Both the position numbers and the translations under genes were made by a program. A DNA stretch of 64,000 bases from Dudresnaya verticillata (Eukaryota): contig OZ374559.1 in NCBI GenBank assembly GCA_977862235.1, forward strand, positions 1 through 64,000, given 5' to 3'. Positions 55,329 to 64,000 of the stretch are shown one piece after another. Under the pieces are notes generated by a model that had not been told where the DNA came from, searched no databases, and saw only the letters and a list, made by a program, of their open reading frames with translations. Within the stretch, counting starts at the first letter, position 1, and each line of letters starts with the position of its first letter.

Positions 55329-58300
55329 ATGGCATTGAGGGTGAAGGGCCGTGAAATGATTCGGGTGCTGCTGACTGTTGCACAGCTTCAATGCATTGCC
55401 GATGCGAGCGACAAAAAGAACGACTCGCTTCGGCAACTCGATAAGAAGAGTGTTTCAAAGCTTCTCAAAGACATGGACGAACACAACTTCGACCCGAACA
55501 GGTCAGGCATAATATCTGTTGGAGCCTCGTCTGCGCACAAGGACTACTTTCGTGAAATGGATAGTGTGCATTTAAAGATCTCAAATGTGTGGAACATTAG
55601 TAAGCAAGACATCCCGATATACGGTTCGAAGTTTACGATATTCGAGGGCAGTATGGAGCTGTTGCGAGATTGGAAATTCGTTGATGGTCGACATCGTCTT
55701 GCAAGCGCGACCAGGAAGTACGGAAAATCCCCTGGGTTCGAGGCAACCTACTTCTACACTGAAGTTGAGTTTGACATATCCTCGCATGAAGCCCGCGTCA
55801 AGTCCTTCCGCAAGTCACGCCCATTTGCAGCTGTTGCACCATGCTTCCTTGATGAGCTAGCCATTCTTCAGGCCCATCCTGAAAGTACCTGGCCTAAAGT
55901 GTTGAAGGAGATACGGACACCTCTGTACTATACCGAACGCCTGGCGCTCCTCCATAATCAACTTTCAGAGCAATCCAAGTTCCTTGTGCAAGATTGGCGA
56001 ATACTCGGGATATTCACCTTGCACCTGCTGCCTGCACCATCAGGAATGTTTTGGAGACTTCTTCAAAGCCTGGTGGATAGAGCTGCAGTAATATGGACAC
56101 GGAGAGGTCGTAAATCAGTTATTGAGAAGGCCATACTGAAGCACCATGTGAGAAAGGAGGATGTACCGGAATTGCAGTCACTCGTGTTCGCTGTCATTAT
56201 TACAGTATTTCGAAAGCACAAGGATTCCGGGACAGACTATGGCATCGATGAGCGTATCGTAATTGAGAAATTTTCTAGCCTTATCTTCAGGCTCATGGCG
56301 CGTTGGGGGAACATTGAAATTGATCAGGGACAGACAGAGTCGCTGCTTGGGCTCCTACTACAGTCTGTTGTGTCATTAACTGAACTGCAGAGGGAAGAGG
56401 CCCTTGTAGCGCTACGAGAAACCGTCAAAGATGCAAAGGGCAGCCTCAGGGAACTGTTGATGTCCAAAGATGTTGATGTTTTTCCGATTCCTGTTCTGCC
56501 TGAAGAAAAAGGGGAAAAATCGAACGAAGAGGAAAGCCCTGAGACGACTCAACACGGCCAGGATGGGGTTCCCAATCCAGAAAACAGGGCTCCTGTTTCA
56601 GGTGAGGAAGACAACCTGGAATTGGATCGCTCCCTAGACCCCGATCAATTGGATGGGAATGCGGGATGTTCTGCTGTAGCTATCGATGAAGGGGGAAATC
56701 GGCCGGTTTCCGCCGAGGCGCCCCCCAAAGACACCACCGCTCAAGCTGTCCAAGCCCTGACAAAATCCGAGAGGCGACAGGATGAAAACGGAGACGCGGG
56801 CGAAGGCGACGAAGAGTCTACTCCAAGCAATGAAGACGGAGAGGTTGTTGAAAATGCCATGGCCGTGGACACCTCTGACCAGGCTTCTGCAGTTGCAGAT
56901 GGCAATCAGTACAGCGGAGAAGTGTACGATGGGACCGTAGTCAACCCCCATGAGGAGAACCCCGCTGCCGCCGAGGAAGAGGAAGAAGTTCTGAATCCAT
57001 TTGACGGCAAAGGAGGCTCAGGAGATCCTAGCCTGAGCGATTCTAGCGACGATAGTTCTACAGACCGGGAGTTAGGAAAAGTCCAGGAGGCGTCGCGAAT
57101 TCAAGACGACGTAGGTCAAGGAACAGAAGAAATTGTCCTCATCTCCTCTGATGGTAGCGAAGATCTCAGATCTGAAGGTGGTAACCTATCTAACGGGTCC
57201 GGTTCTCCTTCGCCCGAGGATTCAACATCAGGAGATCGGCATGTAGGGCATGCAAGTCTGGACATGACCGCTACCGAAGGCAAACCCACGGAGGCCGCTA
57301 CCGAAGGCATACCCACGGAGGCCGCTACCGAAGGCATACCCACGGAGGGCATCCCAGTACTCAGAGAGGGAAATGGATTAGCTGCCGACAAAGGGTTAGC
57401 AAAGGTTTCAAGCATGCGGAGGAGCTCGAGAATTGCCTCGAAGGCGATGCAAGATTCTGGCGGAGAGATCAAAGTCGTGGATAGTAGGAATTCCTACTGG
57501 CAGCAGAAGGCAACCTGTGCTTTTAACAGCATCGATCGCGCGGAGGCCTTGTTGGGCCAAGTCAGTCTTACTATTATCTCCGCGATGCCTCCGGCAGTCA
57601 ATACGAACGATAAGGATGCTGGATGGCTTATGGTGTGCCGGGCTTGCGGCGGGTCAGACATTTGGGATGTCCTGGAACGAGATATACGCCACATTGCGGA
57701 AAAGAACTACAAGATCTCAATGCTCGTGGTGTTCAACGAAAATAGCGAAGAACCATTTGAAGGAGACCATCTTTTACATCTGCCATTAGCTCAAACGAAG
57801 CTCTTCGTGGACGATAGCTGGAATGGCAGCGTCTGGAATTTGCAAGGGAAGCTTCTGGGAGAAGTGCTTGTTTTCAAGGAGAAGGCGGATATGGATGATT
57901 GGGATCTGCCTGCTATGGAATTATACCGTTTCGCTCGCAGAGAGGCGATATATATGCATTCCTTTTTGCCAGTTTTCTTCAAGCGGCTACTCTCCTCTGT
58001 GGACAAGTATGAAGGGGTGATGGATTTACTCAGAAGGAAGGGAGATTTCCTAACTGCCTTTCTGGACATGAACTGCAAGGGGAAAATTTTCAAGATTGAA
58101 ACTCTAGAGCTTCTTGGAAGCCGTTCGAGCTACACCTACATATTTGAGATACTGAGGAAGCGAGTTCTGGAGTATTGTTCATGTGGAGGGCATTTATTGG
58201 CGCACCCTGCCGAGTTGAGACGTGCAAACATTCATCCAGATAAGGATTTGCCGGCACATCCTTTCCACATGGTCCTTCAAGAGGAGGATAAGTTCTTGAC

Positions 58301-58871
58301 TGTGAAACCTTTCCGCCACTACAGTGTTTATCTCAACCAGAACAACTCCGATCTCAATTGTACGGATACCCATCGGATATCAGGCGCGAGGGTAGAGCAG
58401 GGCGCATTTCTATCGAAGGAAGACTATGATCGACTGGTCAAGTCCGGAAAGAAGTCATACCCCATCGTGTGGGGACAGAGCGCTATGGTTGATGCAAATA
58501 GAGGTACGCGAGAATTTCAAAACCTCTTGTCTCCATTCCAGCTGCAAGCAGCAATGGTAGCTGGTCTTTTTGAAGCCGAGATGTGGGTATACTTCACGGA
58601 CGAAAGCATTGCTTCAAAGTTCAACCAGCATGACTATTGGAACCCTGTGATGTACATGTTCGACATGACACGGGCAACCCTGGAGGAGATCTACAGGACA
58701 CGGGACCTCAACGCGCTGCAAAAATCTCACTTTCTTATTCCTACGATACATACTGATGTTCTCTCTCAAGTTGAACAAATGGACGACTCGGAGAAGCAGA
58801 GAATTTTCTGCAAGGACTGCGGGTCTTTAGAGGTTTTTGTTCACTACGGGACTGCCTATAGTTTTGAGTAA
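55329..58871 (+). CDS. Large protein (~1180 aa) with an N-terminal ParB/Srx-like domain, acidic linker and unknown C-terminal domain
   Basis: LRQLDKKSVSKLLKDM...GIISV...WKFVDGRHRLASA matches the ParB N-terminal pattern. First ATG at 55329. A 27-bp tandem repeat at 57268-57348 encodes ATEGxPTEA. Confidence 0.85.
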   Translation: MALRVKGREMIRVLLTVAQLQCIADASDKKNDSLRQLDKKSVSKLLKDMDEHNFDPNRSGIISVGASSAHKDYFREMDSVHLKISNVWNISKQDIPIYGSKFTIFEGSMELLRDWKFVDGRHRLASATRKYGKSPGFEATYFYTEVEFDISSHEARVKSFRKSRPFAAVAPCFLDELAILQAHPESTWPKVLKEIRTPLYYTERLALLHNQLSEQSKFLVQDWRILGIFTLHLLPAPSGMFWRLLQSLVDRAAVIWTRRGRKSVIEKAILKHHVRKEDVPELQSLVFAVIITVFRKHKDSGTDYGIDERIVIEKFSSLIFRLMARWGNIEIDQGQTESLLGLLLQSVVSLTELQREEALVALRETVKDAKGSLRELLMSKDVDVFPIPVLPEEKGEKSNEEESPETTQHGQDGVPNPENRAPVSGEEDNLELDRSLDPDQLDGNAGCSAVAIDEGGNRPVSAEAPPKDTTAQAVQALTKSERRQDENGDAGEGDEESTPSNEDGEVVENAMAVDTSDQASAVADGNQYSGEVYDGTVVNPHEENPAAAEEEEEVLNPFDGKGGSGDPSLSDSSDDSSTDRELGKVQEASRIQDDVGQGTEEIVLISSDGSEDLRSEGGNLSNGSGSPSPEDSTSGDRHVGHASLDMTATEGKPTEAATEGIPTEAATEGIPTEGIPVLREGNGLAADKGLAKVSSMRRSSRIASKAMQDSGGEIKVVDSRNSYWQQKATCAFNSIDRAEALLGQVSLTIISAMPPAVNTNDKDAGWLMVCRACGGSDIWDVLERDIRHIAEKNYKISMLVVFNENSEEPFEGDHLLHLPLAQTKLFVDDSWNGSVWNLQGKLLGEVLVFKEKADMDDWDLPAMELYRFARREAIYMHSFLPVFFKRLLSSVDKYEGVMDLLRRKGDFLTAFLDMNCKGKIFKIETLELLGSRSSYTYIFEILRKRVLEYCSCGGHLLAHPAELRRANIHPDKDLPAHPFHMVLQEEDKFLTVKPFRHYSVYLNQNNSDLNCTDTHRISGARVEQGAFLSKEDYDRLVKSGKKSYPIVWGQSAMVDANRGTREFQNLLSPFQLQAAMVAGLFEAEMWVYFTDESIASKFNQHDYWNPVMYMFDMTRATLEEIYRTRDLNALQKSHFLIPTIHTDVLSQVEQMDDSEKQRIFCKDCGSLEVFVHYGTAYSFE

Positions 58872-59095
58872 ATTATGAGCAGATTACGAGCATCGCCTGC
58901 AACATGGATATTGTCGATTACTCAGATAGTAGAGCAGGACGAAACCGTATGGACTGGAGGAAAAAGGTCCATTCCCATCTCTAAGGTGAGCGGGATTGAA
59001 ATGGAGGGGGTAGGGAGCAAGGTTCAGATGCGGTCTGACTTGGTTGGCAGCCAACGGTATTGCAGATTTTTAATTTCTTTTGCAATTTCATTTCG

Positions 59096-59153
59096 GCCAA
59101 TCACAAACCCTGTTCATCCGCGGGTCTGGTTATGAACAGCAGTTGTGATTGGC
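59096..59153 (-). repeat. 58-bp four-box palindrome, copy 5
   Basis: GCCAATCACAA-accct-GTTCAT-14nt-ATGAAC-agcag-TTGTGATTGGC. Confidence 0.95.
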
Positions 59154-60021
59154 TGACCACTACTAGCGGCTGTGACTAGTTCTCATATCTCATTCCATGT
59201 ACAGCCAGTCAGCCCAAAGCGTCACCCACTTCCGCGCTGCCGGAGTTAGACTCCGTTACTGCGTCTCCTTCGTCTGGAACGCCTACAAACCCCTAATGGC
59301 TCCCAGTGCGTCTCCGTCGCGCATTCGTAGCCCCCCGACACCTAGAACATGGCACGTAGCAACCAGCTGCACGCAAGACAAGTCGTTCAAAAAAGACAAA
59401 AGCCGGCGCTACAATTAAATATGCAATACCCCGTACCCTACTTACGCTTTAGCTGTATAGATTGCCAATCTCTTCCGAGCCCTACTCGATGTCTTCCCAC
59501 TACCCGTCACCGTGGGCATCGAGGCTTGGTATCCAGCAGCGGCGGCAATTACGAAACGCGGAGATGAGGGCGACCAGACACCTTCCTGTCCTGTACTTCA
59601 TTTCTATGCCTCGTCTATCGTCAGATGGATCGACTCCACAGAATCGTTCTCCTCATCGGTCATCGTGTAAGAAGTCCGGTTGCCGCCATCCCAAGATTAA
59701 AGGACCCTGAAGCCTTCTCAAACCCCTAGACAGCCAGCTCCATGCTATCCCTACAACCAAGCTCCACTTTCATCCCACCAGACTCGCGCCGCTTCATATC
59801 CGAAAGACAGAACGACACGTTCAATGCAGACAAGGGCCTGGGCAAGCATGCCATCACTCGGCTCGTCATCTCACATCCCGATCCCTATCCCGATGCCTAT
59901 GCACACCATAACATCAACATTGTGCTGCTCGCGCCTGGGCATCCATGTACCCAAACTCTCTCTTCTGCATTCGTTGGTAGCTGCAGCGCCCAAATTTTTG
60001 CGGAATTGAAATTTCCTTTCG

Positions 60022-60079
60022 GCCAATCACAAATCCGGTTCATCCGCGGCTTCTGTTATGAACAGCAGTTGTGATTGGC
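60022..60079 (-). repeat. 58-bp four-box palindrome, copy 6
   Basis: GCCAATCACAA-atccg-GTTCAT-14nt-ATGAAC-agcag-TTGTGATTGGC. Confidence 0.95.
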
Positions 60080-60358
60080 TGGCGCCTACTCGCATAGCGT
60101 CACCTACTTCCAAGCTGGGGCTGCCGGGGTTATGCCTCTGTTGGTGCGTCTCTTCCGCGATGGTTGCTAGTGCGTCTCCTTCGCGAGATTTGCCTTCAAC
60201 GGTAGCGCGAGGTCATACCATCCTCATATCTAACTGCCCGAACAAGACAACTAGCAATCAGCAGCACCCATGGGAAAGAAATGCTGTGGTTCAACAGAAG
60301 GAAGAAGCGGTTCCTACAGCTGTGGGTTCCCACGCCTGCTCGCCGTTTGGCTTTATTT

Positions 60359-61912
60359 CTAAAGCTTGTCCATCTCCTCCATGTCTACGTCATCTGCGGA
60401 GTCCTCATCGATTTCTCCAATCTGTCCATCACCTTCGACATCGTCCATGATATCAGCCTCCTCCACATCTTCTCTGACAGCACGAGAAGCTACCTTCGCT
60501 CGGTCACTGATTTTGGCATGCTCAAGTGCTTCAGTAGCAGTTTGGACAGCATCAGAGGTATCCGGACCGGCAGTGGTAGCAGCTGCAGGTTTGTCGGAAG
60601 GTGCCAAAGTTTCCACTACAGCACGACGTTTGGAGGGACGCTTGCTCTTGGTCGCTTTGGGAGCCTTTCCCTTCCTGCTCACTGTCCTCTTGGGGCGAGC
60701 TTCACTGGCCCGCGAGCCCCTTCTTTTAGTCCCCTTCCCCTCTTCTATCTCCGCGCCGCCCTTCTTCTCCGCGTCCGCCTCCTCTTCCTCATCCGAGCTC
60801 TCTCCCCCTCCCATCGCGTCGAATAAAGAAGAAACAAACTTCATGCGTGACCGTTGTTGCATTGAAGAAATTCTCACCTTCTGTCTGACTTCAAGGGGAG
60901 GCATCTCACTGCTATTCAGTTTGAGATATTGCGGACCAGAATGTAGCCGACCAAATTGCTTCCCCTTCTTCACCGAGCTCTCGTTCGGCATAACGAAGAA
61001 GAGGACATTCTGCGCGAAACCCTCGAGGCGGCGCCCTTCCACATTCTGAACTCCGTTGCTGGAGCCTTTGACAGAGAGGTTGAGCGGGACAGTGATCTGA
61101 AGATATATCACGTCGCCCATTGGTACCAGGTAGGCGGGAACTTGCGTTCCACTGAACGCCTTGCCTTCAGAATCTTCGAAGATTATCATGACCTGGTTCG
61201 CATCGTCCACATTCTTCAACGAGAAAACGTAGAACCCTTCGATAATCGGAGACTGGGCGAATATCTCCGTCGGATTGTAGCTTCTGCCGCGGAACAAGAA
61301 CTGCAACCACTCCTTCAGAGAAAGTGGCTGAGGCATTGGATACCACATCAACCACTTCTCATCACGGTGCTCGACAGCCGCCTTCCCAAGATGAACCTTT
61401 AAGTCGGTCTTGAGTTGGTCCTGATCCCCTTGGCAAAGGTAGAACATCGCGTTGGTGATGTACATACGGGCCACACCGAGGCTCCCAACCCAAAGCCACG
61501 CGTTCTGGCCTCTTCTCGTGCTCTTGGCTGTCGGATTTGCGCGACTAAGCTCGGGGACACCATCCTGCCACTTGAGCAGCACATCCTTCGCGGAATTCGC
61601 GGTGGCCAGCTGGAAGAGTACCTTGTTCGCCTCCTCCAAACCCTCCGTAGACAGTCCCGACATACCGGTGGAGTTGTGAAACTCGCACCCGACGTCTCCT
61701 CGACGGAGGTAGCCTGTCGTCACCACCGGAAGCTGACTGCCCTCATGGATGAAGGCGACAGGCGGTGTGAGGGCACCGAGGCGAACGCCGTGAGCATTGG
61801 CAGCAGCAATCTCACAGTGCGGCGTCTCTGTCGTAGCAAACGTTTGCGACTCGTCATTGTAGACGAGCAGGCCCTTGATGGTCCGGGTTCCACTTCGGAC
61901 GGTAGCAAACAT
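60359..61912 (-). CDS. Orphan family 'MFAT' member 2 (517 aa), close paralog of 46592-49468 lacking most of the repeat tail
   Basis: Near-identical N-terminal ~370 aa and the same C-terminus (EIDEDSADDVDMEEMDKL). Confidence 0.9.
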   Translation of the reverse strand: MFATVRSGTRTIKGLLVYNDESQTFATTETPHCEIAAANAHGVRLGALTPPVAFIHEGSQLPVVTTGYLRRGDVGCEFHNSTGMSGLSTEGLEEANKVLFQLATANSAKDVLLKWQDGVPELSRANPTAKSTRRGQNAWLWVGSLGVARMYITNAMFYLCQGDQDQLKTDLKVHLGKAAVEHRDEKWLMWYPMPQPLSLKEWLQFLFRGRSYNPTEIFAQSPIIEGFYVFSLKNVDDANQVMIIFEDSEGKAFSGTQVPAYLVPMGDVIYLQITVPLNLSVKGSSNGVQNVEGRRLEGFAQNVLFFVMPNESSVKKGKQFGRLHSGPQYLKLNSSEMPPLEVRQKVRISSMQQRSRMKFVSSLFDAMGGGESSDEEEEADAEKKGGAEIEEGKGTKRRGSRASEARPKRTVSRKGKAPKATKSKRPSKRRAVVETLAPSDKPAAATTAGPDTSDAVQTATEALEHAKISDRAKVASRAVREDVEEADIMDDVEGDGQIGEIDEDSADDVDMEEMDKL

Positions 61913-62456
61913 TGTAGTTCAGGATGCTGGGCGGCTTGGCGGCGGGTTGCGGTTCGTATGAAGAGGTGTGGGAAGGGTGGGGGATGGGCGGGGGGTGGGC
62001 GGGGTGGGCGGGGGGGTGGGCGGGGGGATGGGCGGGGGGTCGGCGTGCATGGAATGTGCTGAAGCACTCTTATAAAAGCGTAAGTGCCCTTTGATCGTCG
62101 GCAGGAATGGGCGGATTATATGAAAACATCAAAATCAACTAAAATTTTATAATTTCAAAATTACAATCGGCCCCCTTTCCGATCTCTATCTTCTATCGAG
62201 TCCGGGGACACCCCCGTGCACGTAGTTAGTTGCAAATTCCTCACTTCCCGAACTGCAAAGATTTCTTCAACCTTGCTTCACCCTCACAGTCGTCCTGCCT
62301 TCCTCAGCGAATGTTCGAACTGCCGCATCGCTCTACATCCAACTATGCAATGCAATGTCTGTCCGCCATAGTCGCGGTATCATCGGTGGCGACTACAAAC
62401 CTAACTTCGGAGCTCATGGAGGGAAACTATTTCCTGAGAACTGCACTTTTACTTCC

Positions 62457-63632
62457 CTACGCACTCTTCGACCTGATTGCACGCTTCGTCTTAATAGCCT
62501 TGGCGTTCTTTTCCGCCTCCTTGCTGCGTACGTGATTGTCACGGCCGCCCCACTTGAATACCACCAGACGTGCCCTTTGCTCCATGGAGAAGTCAGTCAG
62601 CCTGTCCATAACTTCACGAGTTGGCATATATTGTTCTGATAAGGTTCTTGATCTGCCCGTCCGAACCGGTCCGACGACTTCATACCTTTTGCAATCGTGA
62701 TCGTCGGGTAGGACATAGGTGAGTATGTTTTGAGACGCGCCCTCAAGATAACGACCATTGAAAGCCATGACGCTAATATTCTTCGGATCCGCAAGGTGGA
62801 GCGGAACTGTGATCTGGAGGCACGTCTTTTCACCAAAGTGAACGACATACGCTGGAATGCTAGTATTCAAGTACTGAAGCTTTCTGTCCTCATCCTCAAA
62901 GCAAATTGTCACGACTGTCTCGTCCGTCTCTTTCTTGAGAAGAAAACAATAGAAACCCTCGTTGATTGGCGAAATGTTTAGAATCTCCGGGATACTGTAC
63001 TGCTTGTCCTTGCTCAAGAAACGTAACCAATTTGACAAAGACAACGGTTTGCCTGTAGGGTACCAAAGCATCCATTTTCGGCTTAGGGGTCTGTCTGCGG
63101 TAGTCTTTCCTATTGGTCTTTGAAGATCCGCACGGATTATGCCACTCTCTCCAGTGCAAAGATGAAGCATAACTTGCGTGATGAATGCACGGGACACAGC
63201 GAGACTTCCAAGCCAAATCCATGGAACAGAAGACCTGCTTGGCTCTTTTTCTTTAACACGGGTCAGATCGGCCTTTCCACTGACCCACCTTAGCATAACA
63301 TCTTGGCGCAAACCTTCTTCGTCCAAACGTGACAGCTTTCTGTTTTCTCCTTCATGTTCAGCAACTGAAACCTTGAAGCTCACGAAAGATGCAGAGAAAA
63401 AGACGCAGTGATTACTCTCACGATGAATATACCCCTGCTGTGAGGATAGTTTCTCCGTCCCCGCTTCTATGAAAGCCATAGGCGGCGACAGAGCTCCCGC
63501 TAGGACGCCCTTGGCTGTGGCACATAGAACCGCAGAAGGTGCCGCACTGGGGTCGGAAAATGTGCCTTCCTCATCGTTGTATATCAGGAGGCCAACCTTT
63601 GAGGTTCTCCCGCGCCGAAGAGTAGCAAACAT
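62457..63632 (-). CDS. Orphan family 'MFAT' member 3 (391 aa), diverged paralog
   Basis: MFATLRRG..GLLIYNDE, WIWLGSLAVSR, KWMLWYP..PLSL..WL, SPINEGFY, PAYVV and LQITVPL are all shared with members 1 and 2. Confidence 0.88.
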   Translation of the reverse strand: MFATLRRGRTSKVGLLIYNDEEGTFSDPSAAPSAVLCATAKGVLAGALSPPMAFIEAGTEKLSSQQGYIHRESNHCVFFSASFVSFKVSVAEHEGENRKLSRLDEEGLRQDVMLRWVSGKADLTRVKEKEPSRSSVPWIWLGSLAVSRAFITQVMLHLCTGESGIIRADLQRPIGKTTADRPLSRKWMLWYPTGKPLSLSNWLRFLSKDKQYSIPEILNISPINEGFYCFLLKKETDETVVTICFEDEDRKLQYLNTSIPAYVVHFGEKTCLQITVPLHLADPKNISVMAFNGRYLEGASQNILTYVLPDDHDCKRYEVVGPVRTGRSRTLSEQYMPTREVMDRLTDFSMEQRARLVVFKWGGRDNHVRSKEAEKNAKAIKTKRAIRSKSA

Positions 63633-64000
63633 TGCGAATCGTTGCGGAACAGTCCCTAAATCCGCGTTGGAAGAGATTTAGCAGGATCAAGGCCTTGTGG
63701 TTTGGGGGATGACCCATGGCACAAGTTCTCTGCTGGCTCGGCGAGAGCACACATTATAAACAGAAAATAGGAAGGAGGAAATTGGTCAGGGGAGCAACAG
63801 TCTTTTTCTGGTACAGTTTTAGAAAACATCTAACATCTGCCAGAGCAGTTTTACAAAACTTTGTTGGAAAAGTCGTTACACCCAAACTTGTCCAATCAGA
63901 CGCCATCGAAACCCTAAGTTCCAACTAACGGAGGAGAAGCAGAAAACGTCCGAAACGTCCGCAAAAATTGCGGAACGATCCGGTATCAGACGAAAAGGAT

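Noticed and set aside
46241..60079. Palindromes or satellites as a CRISPR array
   Set aside because: Spacing is irregular (28 bp to over 5 kb), there are no uniform spacers, no cas genes, and the context is a eukaryotic telomere.
38851..63632. A firm call as a Polinton, giant virus, Helitron or retroelement
   Set aside because: No PolB, capsid, packaging ATPase, HUH Rep, reverse transcriptase or DDE transposase motifs were recognised.

Overview
Left end of a eukaryotic chromosome. A (CCCCTAAA)n telomere (TTTAGGGG on the G-strand) spans 1-1448, followed by about 62 kb of subtelomere. The organism cannot be named from the sequence; a plant/algal-type DCC1 fragment hints at an alga, which is weak inference. 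Four zones are visible. (1) 1.4-7.2 kb: a 1564-aa intronless ORF with a ParB-like motif, bracketed by satellites built on a TGTGCAGCTCTTGNAAATTT motif. (2) 7.2-15.8 kb: a patchwork of decayed gene fragments with an internal telomere motif. (3) 16.8-38.6 kb: one intact telomere-linked RecQ helicase (TLH-like, 2053 aa) carrying a tyrosine-recombinase-like R-K-(H)R-H-Y constellation, plus two pseudogenised copies in a 7031-bp tandem duplication. Each pseudogene is cut off exactly at a telomeric repeat. (4) 38.8-64 kb: a dense block of long intronless ORFs (zinc finger, 1940-aa unknown, USP-like cysteine protease, Sel1-like, ParB-like, and a four-member orphan family). This block is punctuated by six copies of a rigid 58-bp four-box palindrome that follows gene 3' ends. 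The best candidate for an undescribed system is this gene-plus-palindrome array, together with the recombinase-like helicase and ParB-like proteins: a telomere-associated gene-cassette system or giant mobile element. All domain calls come from motif recognition by eye; no database search was run.
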